The position numbers and the translations under genes were made by a program. Positions 1 through 10,568 of a DNA stretch of 64,000 nucleotides are shown here, in pieces; the stretch's first letter is position 1, and each line of letters starts with the position of its first letter. Source of the stretch: Planctomycetota bacterium (GTDB lineage Bacteria > Planctomycetota > JAJSAM01 > JAJVHW01); contig CBDFJG010000003.1 of the NCBI GenBank assembly GCA_965248445.1, forward strand, positions 1,344,001 to 1,408,000, written 5' to 3'. The notes beneath the pieces were generated by a model. The model had not been told where the DNA came from. It searched no databases and was given only the letters and a program-made list of their open reading frames with translations.

Positions 1-2377
1 TGGACTGCGTCTCGGACGTGCCGAACGATGTACGGCAGCCGCCCGTCGCCATGCCGAGGGCGGCCTCACAGGGAGGCGCCGCGAGCACGGCGATGACCGT
101 CGGCTCCGTGAACACGAGTTCCTGCGTCGCGGTGTCGAACTTGAGCGTCGCGCCGTCCGGGATGACGTCGCACGGCAGCAAGATGCCGTGAGGATCATCG
201 AAAAAAGTGACTTCGATCTCGGCCGACTCGCGCCAGGACGGGATGCGGACCGGGTCGTAGCCCCAGATCACGATCTTGTTCTGCCAGCGGGCGTAGACCG
301 CGATGTCCTCGGCACCGTCGCTGGTGAAGTCGCCGATCACAACCTGGACGTTCTGGTCGTTGATGTACGCCTGCGTGTCGCCCTGTGCGTCGATGAACGC
401 CGACTCCGGGATGCGTTCGATTTCAGTGAACGCCGGGAACGGCGACGACGTCTCCGGGTCGATCGTCACGAGGTCCTCGAAGATGATGTGGTTCACGCCC
501 ATCTCCGCGTTGCCGTCTCCGTCGACGTCCGCCGCGTACACATGGAAGTCGCGCACGCGCCACGGCCCGTTCGCAGGGCAGCGTCTGAAGGAGAGGAAGC
601 CCTCCTTCGCACCCAACGCTGCGAAGTTCTGTGTCCCGTCGTCGAGCGCGACCACGATGCCCTCCCCGCCGTTGCAGCTGCCGCCACTCACAAACGTGTG
701 CGTCCCGCCCATCACGATCTCGTCGATGTTGTCACCGTCGAAGTCGCCGACGCCGATGTCTGCGAGCACGGCCGTGAACGCTCCCGTCGAAGAATCGACG
801 CCCGTGACCGCGCCGATCTTGAGCTGCGTGAACCCGGCGTTCGCGTCGTCGAGGATGTAGTAGGCGCAGTTGCCCACGGGGGTGCTGCTGGCCTTGTACT
901 GATTGACGACGAAGGCGATCTCGTGCGGATTGTCGTAGTCGAGGTTGCCGCCGACCATCTGCACGTACATCCCGGCGTCGGCGAGCGTCCGCTGGATCGT
1001 GACCGTGTGGGCGTTCTTCGCGAACGACTCGCCTGCGTCATCGAAGAACAACAGATCGACCTGTGACTCGAAGGAGAGTGCAATGACAAGTTCGTCCTTC
1101 GCGTCGCCGTCGTAGTCCACGGCCAGGATGTTGAACTCGCTGACCGGAGTCGTGATACCGAGCCGCTGCGTGCGTTCCGCGTGATCCTGCTCCGCGTCCT
1201 CGATGATGTCGATCGAGAGATCCCCACCGTCGTCGTAGACCACGACGATCTCCTGCAGGCCGTCCCCGTCGATGTCGCCGGCGGTGGCCGCCCGGCGGGA
1301 GTACGGCAACTGGCCGCTCCCCGGATCGCTGGCCCAGAAGTTCTCCACGCTCGCGAAGGACCGCACCAGCGTCGGCACGATGTCCGGGGGGTTGATCGGA
1401 TCGGGCTGGTCGACCACGAACTCCATGAGATCGAGGTTGCCCGTCACGGAGTTGCGCCGCTCCATGCCGACGAGCAGCATCTCCATGCGCGCGTTCAGAG
1501 TCTGGCACGCACCGAGCGGTGCGTAGTCCTCGGGCAGCGCCGCCTCCTGCGAGTAGTCCTGACGCGGGGTGTCGGAGGTGCTCACACCGAGCTTCGTCAG
1601 CGCCTGGGCGGTCTTGTTACCGTCGCCGTCGTTGCCGCCACCACCACCGCCGTCGGGGATCGTCCCGTCGTACTCGAAGTTCTCGATGGCGCCCGCGGTG
1701 GGCAGGACCTTGAAGGTCAGCTTGCCGGTCGCCGTGTCGCCCGTGACGTCTCCCTTGAACTTCACGACGTGACGCCCGTGCTTCAGCTTCCACTTCAGCG
1801 CGTCGCCCTTGCGCTTCCCGCTGAGGGCGCCCTGACCGGCCGCGTCGTTGCCGTAGGGACTCGCGACGCTGCCGCTGCCCGTGAGCCTCTTGCTTCCGGT
1901 GTCGGCGAACTCGAACTCGACGGTCGCCATCGGCGCCGCGTCGAGCACGAGGTCGGCGTCGGCAGCGCCCTTCTGCTTGCCGCGGGGACCGCGGTACGTC
2001 GTCGCCGCGAGGAGCCCGTCCTCGAGCGGGCCGATGACCTTTGCCAAGACCCCGGCACCCTTGAGCTTCACCGAGTAGACCGGACCGCTCTTCTTGGACT
2101 TGACTCTGCCCTTCACGGTGACCGGCGTGCCGTCCACCGTGCAGGTGCCGCCGTTGATCAGCTTCCCCCGCTCGTCGTAGGCGAGCTGGAGCCGGATCTC
2201 GGCGACGTCGCCTGCCACGGGAGCGTCGACCGAGATACTCGACACCTCGGGCACGCCCGTAGGCACCTCGATCTCGTCGCCGCGTGCCGCGTCGGCGAGG
2301 GCGGCCGAGACCGCCAGGGTGACGAGGATCGGGAGGGAGGGGCTGCGGCGTGTCTGGGAGTGAGCGTGGGTCGTCAT
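1..2377 (-). CDS. Large secreted FG-GAP/VCBS-repeat protein with basic N-terminal module (partial; runs off left edge)
   Basis: ATG at 2377 (MTTHAHSQTRRSPSLPILVTLAVSAALADAARG, signal-like); Ca-binding FG-GAP-type motifs DIDGDGLQEIVV, DYDGDAKDELV, DVDGDGNAEMG, DFTSDGAEDIAV. Absent from ORF track, consistent with no stop inside the window. Confidence 0.8.
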   Translation of the reverse strand, partial: MTTHAHSQTRRSPSLPILVTLAVSAALADAARGDEIEVPTGVPEVSSISVDAPVAGDVAEIRLQLAYDERGKLINGGTCTVDGTPVTVKGRVKSKKSGPVYSVKLKGAGVLAKVIGPLEDGLLAATTYRGPRGKQKGAADADLVLDAAPMATVEFEFADTGSKRLTGSGSVASPYGNDAAGQGALSGKRKGDALKWKLKHGRHVVKFKGDVTGDTATGKLTFKVLPTAGAIENFEYDGTIPDGGGGGGNDGDGNKTAQALTKLGVSTSDTPRQDYSQEAALPEDYAPLGACQTLNARMEMLLVGMERRNSVTGNLDLMEFVVDQPDPINPPDIVPTLVRSFASVENFWASDPGSGQLPYSRRAATAGDIDGDGLQEIVVVYDDGGDLSIDIIEDAEQDHAERTQRLGITTPVSEFNILAVDYDGDAKDELVIALSFESQVDLLFFDDAGESFAKNAHTVTIQRTLADAGMYVQMVGGNLDYDNPHEIAFVVNQYKASSTPVGNCAYYILDDANAGFTQLKIGAVTGVDSSTGAFTAVLADIGVGDFDGDNIDEIVMGGTHTFVSGGSCNGGEGIVVALDDGTQNFAALGAKEGFLSFRRCPANGPWRVRDFHVYAADVDGDGNAEMGVNHIIFEDLVTIDPETSSPFPAFTEIERIPESAFIDAQGDTQAYINDQNVQVVIGDFTSDGAEDIAVYARWQNKIVIWGYDPVRIPSWRESAEIEVTFFDDPHGILLPCDVIPDGATLKFDTATQELVFTEPTVIAVLAAPPCEAALGMATGGCRTSFGTSETQS

Positions 2378-2565
2378 CGTCGTGGCTCCGGTCGGTCGTG
2401 GACTCAAGCGACGGGGCCCTCGGCGGAGCCCCTCCAACCGGATCTGCGCAATCGAACGCCGCGACTCCCATCCGAATCCGGGAATCGAATCCCATGCGAG
2501 TGCCGCCCGCAGATTCCGCAGAAGAGGGTGAGGCCCCCTCGTGCGGGGGGCCGCCCGAGGCACGC

Positions 2566-4530
2566 ATGCGCCACCCCATCCCGACGACCGCTCTCGTTCT
2601 CGCCGCTGCGCTCACGCTGGGCCTCGCCGGCACCGGCGACGCCGCCCGTGGCGCGTCCTTCGACGCCCACAGCTACTTCCAGGCGGCTGTGGCGGGCAAG
2701 GTGAAGGTCAAGCTGCCCGGGGAGAGGGTTCGGCGGGAGGAGATGAGCCTCGACTTCACGGGGGCCGCGGACCGCTGGTCGGCTCGTTGGAGCGCGGGTG
2801 AGTTCGCCGGGGCGGCCGTGCGCCGGGGCAAGCGCACGCTCGAGCTGGGTCCGACGCCGGCCCAGGACAGCCTGGCTGAGAGCGTGGCGGACCTCTACGG
2901 GTTCGACCTGAGCAAATGGGAGATCCGCGACGTCGACTTCGTCGCGAAGATCAACCGCCGCGGCACGCGCGTGAAACTGAAGGGCACCATCGCGCTCGAC
3001 ATGGGGGACGGGAAGCGCCGTGCCGCGTCGCGCGTCCGCGTACGGCTGAAGGGCCGCACGACGCGCGTTCCCGCGGGTCCGCCGAGCGTCCGCTCCCCCG
3101 CCGGCGAGGTCGACAGCGGATCCCTCGTCGCCCTGCCGGACGGCGGCGCCGCCCTGGTCGGCGAACTGCAGGGCGTCGCTACGTTCGGCGTCGCGGATCC
3201 GAACGAGAGGACGCTGACGCCGCCGTCCGAGTCCCGGGCGACGCCCAGGGTCATCGCGCGCTACGCGCCGGACGGCTCGCTCGCATGGGTGCGCGAAGTG
3301 CGAGCGGGAGACGGCCTCGACAACGCGGGGGTTGCGACGCTGCCCCGCGGCGAACTGCTGTTCGTGGCCGACGCGTGCGAACGCATGACGCTCTCGGTCG
3401 GCGACGCGGACGAACGGACCGTATCCGTTGCGGACGGCGTGGTCATCGCGAGGTACGGCCCGAGCGGATCGCTCGGACCGGCGAGCGTGCTGCTGGAGGT
3501 GGACAGCAGCGACTCGAACGCCCACGTCAACAGTCTCGAGCTGCGAACGCTCCCGGACGGGAGCTCCTACGTTGCAGGGAGATTCTCCGGTGACCTCACG
3601 TTCCATCCCGGCACCGCGAACGCACTTACGCTCGTGGACGGCACGGGTGGCAACAAGCCTCAGTTCATCGCGCACTTCGACGCGGATCAGCGGCTCGTCT
3701 GGGTACGTCGCCTGCAGTCGGACTGGTTCGTGCAGATCAACAACGCGATGACCGTGCGAGCCGACGGCGGCGTCCGCGTGTGCGCCACGTTCGGCGGCAC
3801 GCTGACGATCGACCGGCCCGAGAGCACACCGATCACGGCGACGGCGGACCCGGACGTGGCCCAGACAAGCGAAGTCAGCTTTGGACGGGATGGGACGTAT
3901 CTCTCGAGCCACGTGCTGAACAACGGCGGCGGGAACGCCGCGGTGTCGCAGTCCGCCGAGCACCCGGACGGCAGTTTCAGCGTGTCGGGCAGCGGAAACC
4001 GGGCCGGCTACGTCCCGGAGGGTCTCTCACCCGTGATCGGACCGGGGTCGCCGAACGCGACGGAACTGCCCAACGTGCGCGCGAGGTGGATCGCACGATA
4101 CGAGGCGAACGGGACGCTGCGCTGGGTGCGCTTCACGGACGAGTCCAACTCGCACCGCCTCACGATCGCCCCGGCGCCGGGCGGCGGCCTGCATCTGGTG
4201 GCCAGCGTGCGCTACGGCGAGGGCGTCCTCAGTCTCAGCGCGGACGACGAGGTGATCCTCGCCGACCCGCTGCTTACCAGCCAGGGCGAGTACGCCCTTC
4301 GTGCGCACTACGCCGCCGACGGCGAGTTGTCCGGTGTGCGCGCACTCTCGTCGGGGGGCGAGGTCAGCGTCTGGGCGGCCGACTCTCGGCCGGACGGCAC
4401 ACTGGTCGTCGGATGTTTCGTGGAGAGCACCGACGGCCCGATCACGTTCGACCTGGACGGGAGCGGGACGACCGCCGACGTCCCGCAGATCGACTACAGC
4501 GTCGCGTTGCTACGCCTGGACGCCGAGTAG
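2566..4530 (+). CDS. Secreted beta-propeller repeat protein (SBBP-like) with basic N-terminal module
   Basis: Signal peptide MRHPIPTTALVLAAALTLGLAG; repeated (F/W)IARY.xDGxLxWV blades and YVAGRFSG/ATFGGT motifs. Confidence 0.75.
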   Translation: MRHPIPTTALVLAAALTLGLAGTGDAARGASFDAHSYFQAAVAGKVKVKLPGERVRREEMSLDFTGAADRWSARWSAGEFAGAAVRRGKRTLELGPTPAQDSLAESVADLYGFDLSKWEIRDVDFVAKINRRGTRVKLKGTIALDMGDGKRRAASRVRVRLKGRTTRVPAGPPSVRSPAGEVDSGSLVALPDGGAALVGELQGVATFGVADPNERTLTPPSESRATPRVIARYAPDGSLAWVREVRAGDGLDNAGVATLPRGELLFVADACERMTLSVGDADERTVSVADGVVIARYGPSGSLGPASVLLEVDSSDSNAHVNSLELRTLPDGSSYVAGRFSGDLTFHPGTANALTLVDGTGGNKPQFIAHFDADQRLVWVRRLQSDWFVQINNAMTVRADGGVRVCATFGGTLTIDRPESTPITATADPDVAQTSEVSFGRDGTYLSSHVLNNGGGNAAVSQSAEHPDGSFSVSGSGNRAGYVPEGLSPVIGPGSPNATELPNVRARWIARYEANGTLRWVRFTDESNSHRLTIAPAPGGGLHLVASVRYGEGVLSLSADDEVILADPLLTSQGEYALRAHYAADGELSGVRALSSGGEVSVWAADSRPDGTLVVGCFVESTDGPITFDLDGSGTTADVPQIDYSVALLRLDAE

Positions 4531-4569
4531 CGGCGCGGCACCGCAACCTGATGCGAGTACGGTGTCGGC

Positions 4570-5088
4570 GTGCTCCCGACACCGGTCCGGCTGCTGATCA
4601 TCCTCGCGCTCGCGGTGCCCGCGGTCTACGCGTTCACCCATGACAAGACCACCGTCGGTCTCGGGCTCGTGGCTGTCGCGCTGATCCAGCTGTACGCGCT
4701 GGTTCGCTACGGCAGCGTGATCTCGGCGGGCAACGCGTTCCGCAACGGGAAGCGGGACGTCGCGTGGTCGCGGCTGGGTCAGACACCGCTTGGTGGGCGG
4801 CTCCTGCGGCGGGACCAGAAGGTCTACTACCACCTGCTCCGCGCGTCGTGCCAGCTGGGCCGCGAGGAGTGGGACGGCGCGGAACGAGACGCCGAGCGCG
4901 CGCTCGGGATCGAGGGGGTCAAGCGCCAGAACTACGCCGCGGCACACGGCGCGCTGGCCCGCGTGCACTTCGCGCGGGACGACGAGCAGAGGGCGCGACA
5001 CCACATCGCGCGTGCGCGGGAACTGCCGCACAAGTCGTCGCTCGTGCCGCTCCTCGCGAACCTGGAGGACCAGCTCGACGCGTCATGA
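4570..5088 (+). CDS. Membrane-anchored TPR-like protein
   Basis: Two N-terminal hydrophobic helices followed by TPR-like helical repeats. Confidence 0.65.
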   Translation: MLPTPVRLLIILALAVPAVYAFTHDKTTVGLGLVAVALIQLYALVRYGSVISAGNAFRNGKRDVAWSRLGQTPLGGRLLRRDQKVYYHLLRASCQLGREEWDGAERDAERALGIEGVKRQNYAAAHGALARVHFARDDEQRARHHIARARELPHKSSLVPLLANLEDQLDAS

Positions 5089-5096
5089 CGGAACCT

Positions 5097-5171
5097 GGCG
5101 GGCGCAGCGGCCCGCCCCTACGACGGGAGGCATCGCCCCGACACAGGTAGGGGCGGGCCGCCGCGCCCGCC
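5097..5171. repeat. Inverted pair of GTAG-type REP elements
   Basis: ggcgggcgcagcggcccgcccctac (5097-5121) and gtaggggcgggccgccgcgcccgcc (5147-5171) are near-perfect reverse complements between convergent genes. Confidence 0.75.
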
Positions 5172-5201
5172 CGCGATCGGACAGGGAGCGCGACTCCTCC
5201 C

Positions 5202-7346
5202 CTACTCGGCCGGCGGGCCGAAGCGCAACGCGAGTTCCTGCATCCCGTCCGAACGTAGAGCCTGCCCGAGATCCGGGTCCGCGTGGAAGTCCGCGGACCG
5301 GTAACCGATCGCTTCGAGCGTCGCGAGCGCCGCGCCGGTCCGCAGCACGTCACCGCGAACCGCGTGGACGACGGCGAGATGCAGCGGATCGCCGTCTCGC
5401 TCCGCCGACTCGCGCGCCGCGAGCAGCGCCTCGTCGAGCCGCTCCAGACGGATGAACGAACGCACGAGCAGTTCGTCGGCGAGTCCGGCCAGCGCTGGAT
5501 CCGACGTGAGCCCAGCCGGCGGCGAGGCAAGCGCGCCGATCGTCCCGGCGAAGTCATTGCGCACGTACGCCGCGGCAGCCGTCCAGAGCGGCAGCCCGGG
5601 GTCGCCGGGATCGGCCTTCGACTGACGCTGCACGAGCAGCTCGAGCATGGCGCCGTCGCGGGCCACGAACGCGGCGTCCGCGAGCCGCTCGACCGTCATC
5701 CGCCGAGGCGCCAGTTCGTCGACCAGTGCCGCACCCCGGCCGGCGGCGTACTCCGCCCGAACCGTCAGCTCGTGCAGCTCGCTCTTGCGCTCCCAGTCCT
5801 CGGCCTCGGCCTCGCCGAAGGCGGTGCGGAAAGCGCGCGCGGCCTCGGCGTGATCGCCGTTCATCGAGTGGAAGTGGCCGCGGAAGACTGTCAACGAGGG
5901 ATCACCCGGCTCGCGCTCGGTGTATACGGCGATCAGCCGGAGCAGTTCGTCGCGCTTCTCCTCGTCCACCAGCGCCTGCGCGAGGTGGGGAAACGCCATG
6001 AACGGGTCTGTCGCCGCGTCGAGCGCCGCCTCGGCACCCTCTGCCGCGCGAGTTAGATCGAGTTGCAGGTAGAGGACGTCCTCGTATCGCTCGGGATCGG
6101 TCGTGAGGAGTTCTTCGGCGAGTGTCGCGAGCACCGCGACACCCTCGTCCGAGCGGCCGTCCGCTGCGCGCGCACGGGCGAGTACGAGCAACGCCTGCGC
6201 GCGTACGTCGCCAGAGAGGGAGCTCGCGGCGGCTGCCAACTCCTCGACGCGCGCCGGCGCACCCCGCGCTACGAGTCCGTAGGCCACCGCGTCGAGCACC
6301 GCACCGAGGTCCGGCACGGTGCTCAGCACTTGGTACGTCTCGGTGCGCTCGGCGGGCAGCGCCGGATCGAGCGACGCGAGCAGTCCGACGAGAGCCTCGG
6401 TGTTCGCAGGGTCGTCCAGCAACGCCGCGCGGTAGGCGTCCCGCGCCTCGCCTTTGCGCTCCAGGCGCTCGAGCGCGACGCCCGCCGCCACCCAGCCGTC
6501 CGCATCGCCTCCGATTGCTTCGACATACCGGCGCGCCGCCGCAAGGCACGCCTCGTGGTCGCCGAGGAGGTCGTGCGCCAGGGCGCGCAGATAGGACGAG
6601 ACAGGCGCGTCATCGGCAGCGGGACGGGTGCCCCGCTCGCGTTCCAGGGCCGCCAACGCTCGATCCGGCAGTCCCGACGCGAGCGCCGTCGACGCGAGCA
6701 CGATGCCCCGCAACTCGGCGAGCAGCGCCGGGATCTCCTCGTCCTCGAACTCGCTCGCCATCTCCCGCGCGGCGAGCGCGTCGCCAGATGCAAGAGCACG
6801 TGCGGCTGCGCGCAGCGCGACTGCGATCCGGGCGGTGTGGCCGACGTCGGTGCCCGCCTCGGACTCCGCTGCCACGAGCGCCGCCGTCGCGAGCGAGAGA
6901 CGGATCCCCGAGTCGACGTCTCCGATGTCGTGCAGGAGCCAGCGGTCGTTGCGGCGGGCGAGCCACCAGCGTGACCAGTGCCGGAACCCGGACCGGTCGC
7001 GCTGCCGGAGAAACACCTCGGCCTCGTCGTCGTCGCCACGCAACACGATCCGGCGAACCTCTGCGTCGCCTGTGGAGACGATCGTCGGATCGTTGGTGAT
7101 GACGTTGCGCACGGCGATGGCGACGGTCGCTTCGAACGAAGCACGGCGGGCGGCATCCACCTCACCGAGCACATCGACGCGCGACACCTCGCGGGCGAGC
7201 CGCACGAGATCGAGATGGCGCGTCACTTCCGCCGGTTCGCCGGTGCGACAGTCGCCCAGTATCTCGGCGACCACCGCGCGGACCTCCGCCTCGCGCGCCG
7301 CGCCGCGATCCTCGCCGGCGAACGCTCCGCCCAGCGTCGCGCCCAC
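5202..7346 (-). CDS. Tetratricopeptide repeat protein (start uncertain; possibly CTG at 7391 overlapping upstream stop)
   Basis: 714-aa Ala-rich ORF with TPR motifs (GWVAAGVALERLERKGEARDAYRAALLDDP). Confidence 0.75.
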   Translation of the reverse strand: MGATLGGAFAGEDRGAAREAEVRAVVAEILGDCRTGEPAEVTRHLDLVRLAREVSRVDVLGEVDAARRASFEATVAIAVRNVITNDPTIVSTGDAEVRRIVLRGDDDEAEVFLRQRDRSGFRHWSRWWLARRNDRWLLHDIGDVDSGIRLSLATAALVAAESEAGTDVGHTARIAVALRAAARALASGDALAAREMASEFEDEEIPALLAELRGIVLASTALASGLPDRALAALERERGTRPAADDAPVSSYLRALAHDLLGDHEACLAAARRYVEAIGGDADGWVAAGVALERLERKGEARDAYRAALLDDPANTEALVGLLASLDPALPAERTETYQVLSTVPDLGAVLDAVAYGLVARGAPARVEELAAAASSLSGDVRAQALLVLARARAADGRSDEGVAVLATLAEELLTTDPERYEDVLYLQLDLTRAAEGAEAALDAATDPFMAFPHLAQALVDEEKRDELLRLIAVYTEREPGDPSLTVFRGHFHSMNGDHAEAARAFRTAFGEAEAEDWERKSELHELTVRAEYAAGRGAALVDELAPRRMTVERLADAAFVARDGAMLELLVQRQSKADPGDPGLPLWTAAAAYVRNDFAGTIGALASPPAGLTSDPALAGLADELLVRSFIRLERLDEALLAARESAERDGDPLHLAVVHAVRGDVLRTGAALATLEAIGYRSADFHADPDLGQALRSDGMQELALRFGPPAE

Positions 7347-7387
7347 AACGGCGAGACACGAGACGGCGGCACCGGTCCGCCTCCGAG

Positions 7388-8380
7388 TCAGGGCAGCGAT
7401 CGCAGCAGCTCCTTCGCGCGCGCCGCGTGCGGGGTGGACTTGTACGTACGGACGACGCGGCTGAGAATCAGCGACGCCCGTTTGTTGTCCCCTTCGGCGA
7501 TCTTGTCACGCGCCCTCTGCACGAGATCCCCCGCTTCGAGTCCGCGCGCCGCGTCGGGGTCCTTGCGGATCTCCGCCGCGCGCGCCTGCGCGTCCTCGCT
7601 GCCGTCCAGTCCGGCGAACCGGCGCGGGAAATCGTCGTACATCTGCCATGCGTCCCAGTTGAGCTTCTTCTCGCGCAGCGCGGCGGCCTCCTCGAGCCAC
7701 GTGCCGCGCCGGTCGTCGACCCAGGAGATCAGCCCCACGGCCCACTGCTTCGAGATCTTGTCGAGACCGTCCTTGGACTCGACCAGCGCAGCGCGGGCAT
7801 CGCCCCACTTACCTTCGGCCAGGAGCACCTCTTCCTTTGCCAGCGCCTCAGGCAGCCGAGGCGGGGGCGTGCGCACGCCGACGAGCATCGACGCGATGGG
7901 CTGCTTCTTCACCTCACGCGGATGTCCGCGCCACTTGATCGTGCCGTCGACAGCGACGATCACGGCGTGCGGCAACCCGGGTACGTTCCCGGCCTTCGCG
8001 AGCTTCTCGTAGGTCAGCGCGTCGACCGCCGCGAAACCGAACACCGCCTGCTGCTCCTCGGCCCACGTGCGGATCGGCTCGATGTCCTCCTCGTGCACGG
8101 CGAGGATCGACAGTCCGCGGCCCGCCCACTTGTTTTCGAGCTTGTTGAGGTGCTTGACCTCCTCGACGCAACGATCGGACCAACTCGCCATGTACGTCAT
8201 CACGACGAGTCTGCCGCCGTACACGGACATCGGGTTCTTCGTCGCCGGCATCTGGTGCACGCCCGTCGCGCCGAAGTCCGGCATCGTCGTGGCAAGCTGT
8301 TCCCCGTCGTCCTGCGCAACGCCGTACGTCGCGAGTACCGACATCGCTCCCAGGGCGATGGCCGCGAAGCGCGTCTTCAC
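7388..8380 (-). CDS. TlpA-like redoxin with SxxC site and C-terminal helical domain
   Basis: GRLVVMTYMASWSDRC..E...L; GLPHAVIVAVDGTIKWRGHP thioredoxin-fold motifs; GTGA overlap with recQ stop. Confidence 0.8.
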   Translation of the reverse strand: MKTRFAAIALGAMSVLATYGVAQDDGEQLATTMPDFGATGVHQMPATKNPMSVYGGRLVVMTYMASWSDRCVEEVKHLNKLENKWAGRGLSILAVHEEDIEPIRTWAEEQQAVFGFAAVDALTYEKLAKAGNVPGLPHAVIVAVDGTIKWRGHPREVKKQPIASMLVGVRTPPPRLPEALAKEEVLLAEGKWGDARAALVESKDGLDKISKQWAVGLISWVDDRRGTWLEEAAALREKKLNWDAWQMYDDFPRRFAGLDGSEDAQARAAEIRKDPDAARGLEAGDLVQRARDKIAEGDNKRASLILSRVVRTYKSTPHAARAKELLRSLP

Positions 8381-10503
8381 GCCGCGTCTCCCGCACCGCA
8401 GCCGTCGACGACCTGCAGGATCTCCGCGCCGAAGCGCTCGAGCCGCGACGGACCGATGCCCGGCACGTCGGAGAGCTGTTCCTCGGTCGCGGGTCGCGAC
8501 TGCGCGATCGCGAAGAGCGTGGCGTCCGGGAACACCGTGTACGCGGGCAGCCCGGCTTCGCTCGCCTTCTCGCGGCGCCACTGGCGCAACCGGTCAGCCA
8601 GCGCGGCGACGTGCGGATCCGCAGAGTCGAGCAGCGGCGCGGAGCTGTTGCTGCGGCGCCGCAGACGCGCGGCGGGCGCCGTGAGCTGCGGCAGAGCGAG
8701 TTCGAGCTCCGGGTCGTCCTGCATGACTCGCTTCCCCTCCTCTGTGAGAGAGAGGATCGCGCCGGACCCCGGTCCGTCCAGATGGCGGCGCTGCAGGAGT
8801 CCCTCGTCGGCAAGCGCCTCGATGATGTCGCCCACGACCCGGACCTTGAGATGTGCCAGCATCCCGTGTGTGGGCAGGCGGTCGAGCCCCGCCGCGACGA
8901 CGGGCCGGGCCCGCGAACCGGTCAGGAACTGGGCCAGGCGGCTGCGACCGTAGCGGTCGTTCACGCGCGCGATGCCGGACAGCGTGATGCGCACGGCGCG
9001 GCGCTCCTCGAGCGAGAGCGTCCGCGCTGACGGGCGGCCGATGCCGAGACAGCGGTCGCAGGCGTTGCAGACCTCCCGCGCCTCTTCGCTGCTCCCGAAG
9101 TACCGCAGCACAAAGGCGCGACGGCAAGAGGCGCCGGCGGCGAACTCCATCATGCGCTGCACGCGGCTGCGGTCGCTCTCCCCCTTGGCGCGCATCCAGC
9201 CGGCGTCGATCGGCAGCGAACCGTCGGCGGAGAGATCGAGGGAGGCGTACAGGTCCTCGCCGGAGACCGTGTCCATCGTGCGGCCGATCGCACCAGTGCG
9301 GCGCAGCGTGCCGAGCGCGGTCTCGACGGCCATCTGGTTGCGCGTCGGTGCGTTCTGCGCGAGTTCCGTCGCGGAACGCGGCCCTTCGAGTAGCGCGTCG
9401 ACGATGGACCGGTACACGGCTTCGTCGGGGTTGGAGCCCTCGAGGAAGAAGTGCTGGATCCGCACGTCGGCGTAGTTGTAGAGGAGCACGCAATCGGCGC
9501 GTTCGCCGTCGCGGCCGGCGCGACCGGCTTCCTGGTAGTACGCCTCGACGCTGCCGGGAACGTCGTAGTGCACGACGAGCCGGATGTTGCTCTTGTCCAC
9601 GCCCATGCCGAACGCGTTGGTCGCCACGATCACGTCGAGGCGGCCGCTCATGAACGCCTCCTGGACGTCCTCGCGGGCGTCGCCGCCCCGACCGGCGTGA
9701 TACGCGGCTGCGCGCAAGCCGCTCGACGAGAGGTGCGCCGCCACGAGTTCGACGTTCTTGCGCGTGGCGGCGTACACGATCGCGGGCTTCCCCGCTCCCG
9801 CGATCGCCTCGTCCAGCATCTCGAGCTTCTCGGCGACGCCCCGCGGCCGCCGCACGATCAGGCGCAGATTCGGCCGGGCGAAGCCGGCCACGAACACCCG
9901 CGGAGCGCGGAACCCGAGCTGTCGCGCGATGTCGTCCCGCACGTCGGCGGTAGCGGTCGCGGTGAACGCAGCCGTGGGCGGCGATCCGACGAACCTCCGC
10001 AACTCGCCAAGCCGGGCGTAGTCCGGCCGGAAATCGTGGCCCCACTGGCTGATGCAGTGCGCCTCGTCCACCGCCAGGCGGACGACGTTCATCTTGGCCG
10101 CCTGCTCCAGGAACCGCTCGCTGGCCAGGCGCTCCGGCGCGATGTACAGCAGACGCACGCGCCCCTCTGTGCAGGCGCGAAGCCTCTGATTCTGCTCTCC
10201 CATGGACAACGTCGAATTGACGAACGTGGCGGCGTGACCGGCCGCGACGAGGCCATCTACCTGGTCCTTCATGAGGGCGATCAGCGGGCTGACCACCAGC
10301 GTCAGTCCACCCAGCAGCAAGGCGGGCAACTGGTAGCACACCGACTTGCCGCCGCCGGTCGGCATGACAGCGACGACGTCGTCGCCACGCAGCACGGATT
10401 CCACCACCTCGCGTTGACCGGGGCGGAAGGAAGGATGCCCGAAGCGCGCTTCGAGCTCACGGCTGAGAGAAGGGGCGACCACGGGAAGCCGGAAGGGTAC
10501 CAC
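8377..10503 (-). CDS. recQ: ATP-dependent DNA helicase RecQ (RQC, HRDC)
   Basis: MPTGGGKSVCYQLP, VDEAHCISQWGHDFRP, YYQEAGRAGRDG, Zn Cys cluster, C-terminal HRDC (PAYTVFPDATL). Confidence 0.95.
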   Translation of the reverse strand: MVPFRLPVVAPSLSRELEARFGHPSFRPGQREVVESVLRGDDVVAVMPTGGGKSVCYQLPALLLGGLTLVVSPLIALMKDQVDGLVAAGHAATFVNSTLSMGEQNQRLRACTEGRVRLLYIAPERLASERFLEQAAKMNVVRLAVDEAHCISQWGHDFRPDYARLGELRRFVGSPPTAAFTATATADVRDDIARQLGFRAPRVFVAGFARPNLRLIVRRPRGVAEKLEMLDEAIAGAGKPAIVYAATRKNVELVAAHLSSSGLRAAAYHAGRGGDAREDVQEAFMSGRLDVIVATNAFGMGVDKSNIRLVVHYDVPGSVEAYYQEAGRAGRDGERADCVLLYNYADVRIQHFFLEGSNPDEAVYRSIVDALLEGPRSATELAQNAPTRNQMAVETALGTLRRTGAIGRTMDTVSGEDLYASLDLSADGSLPIDAGWMRAKGESDRSRVQRMMEFAAGASCRRAFVLRYFGSSEEAREVCNACDRCLGIGRPSARTLSLEERRAVRITLSGIARVNDRYGRSRLAQFLTGSRARPVVAAGLDRLPTHGMLAHLKVRVVGDIIEALADEGLLQRRHLDGPGSGAILSLTEEGKRVMQDDPELELALPQLTAPAARLRRRSNSSAPLLDSADPHVAALADRLRQWRREKASEAGLPAYTVFPDATLFAIAQSRPATEEQLSDVPGIGPSRLERFGAEILQVVDGCGAGDAA

Positions 10504-10568
10504 CCGGCCGCTCGCTAAGGACGGCCCGGGACCCTACGATTTGGACTGCTGTGTTCAGGAGGTGCCGC

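Noticed and set aside
188..2704. Long plus-strand ORFs (292 aa, 507 aa)
   Set aside because: Antisense shadows of the minus-strand FG-GAP gene, typical of high-GC DNA; the same applies to most overlapping Arg/Pro-rich ORFs in the track
8170..8190. Selenocysteine in redoxin active site
   Set aside because: Codon is TCC (Ser); no in-frame TGA
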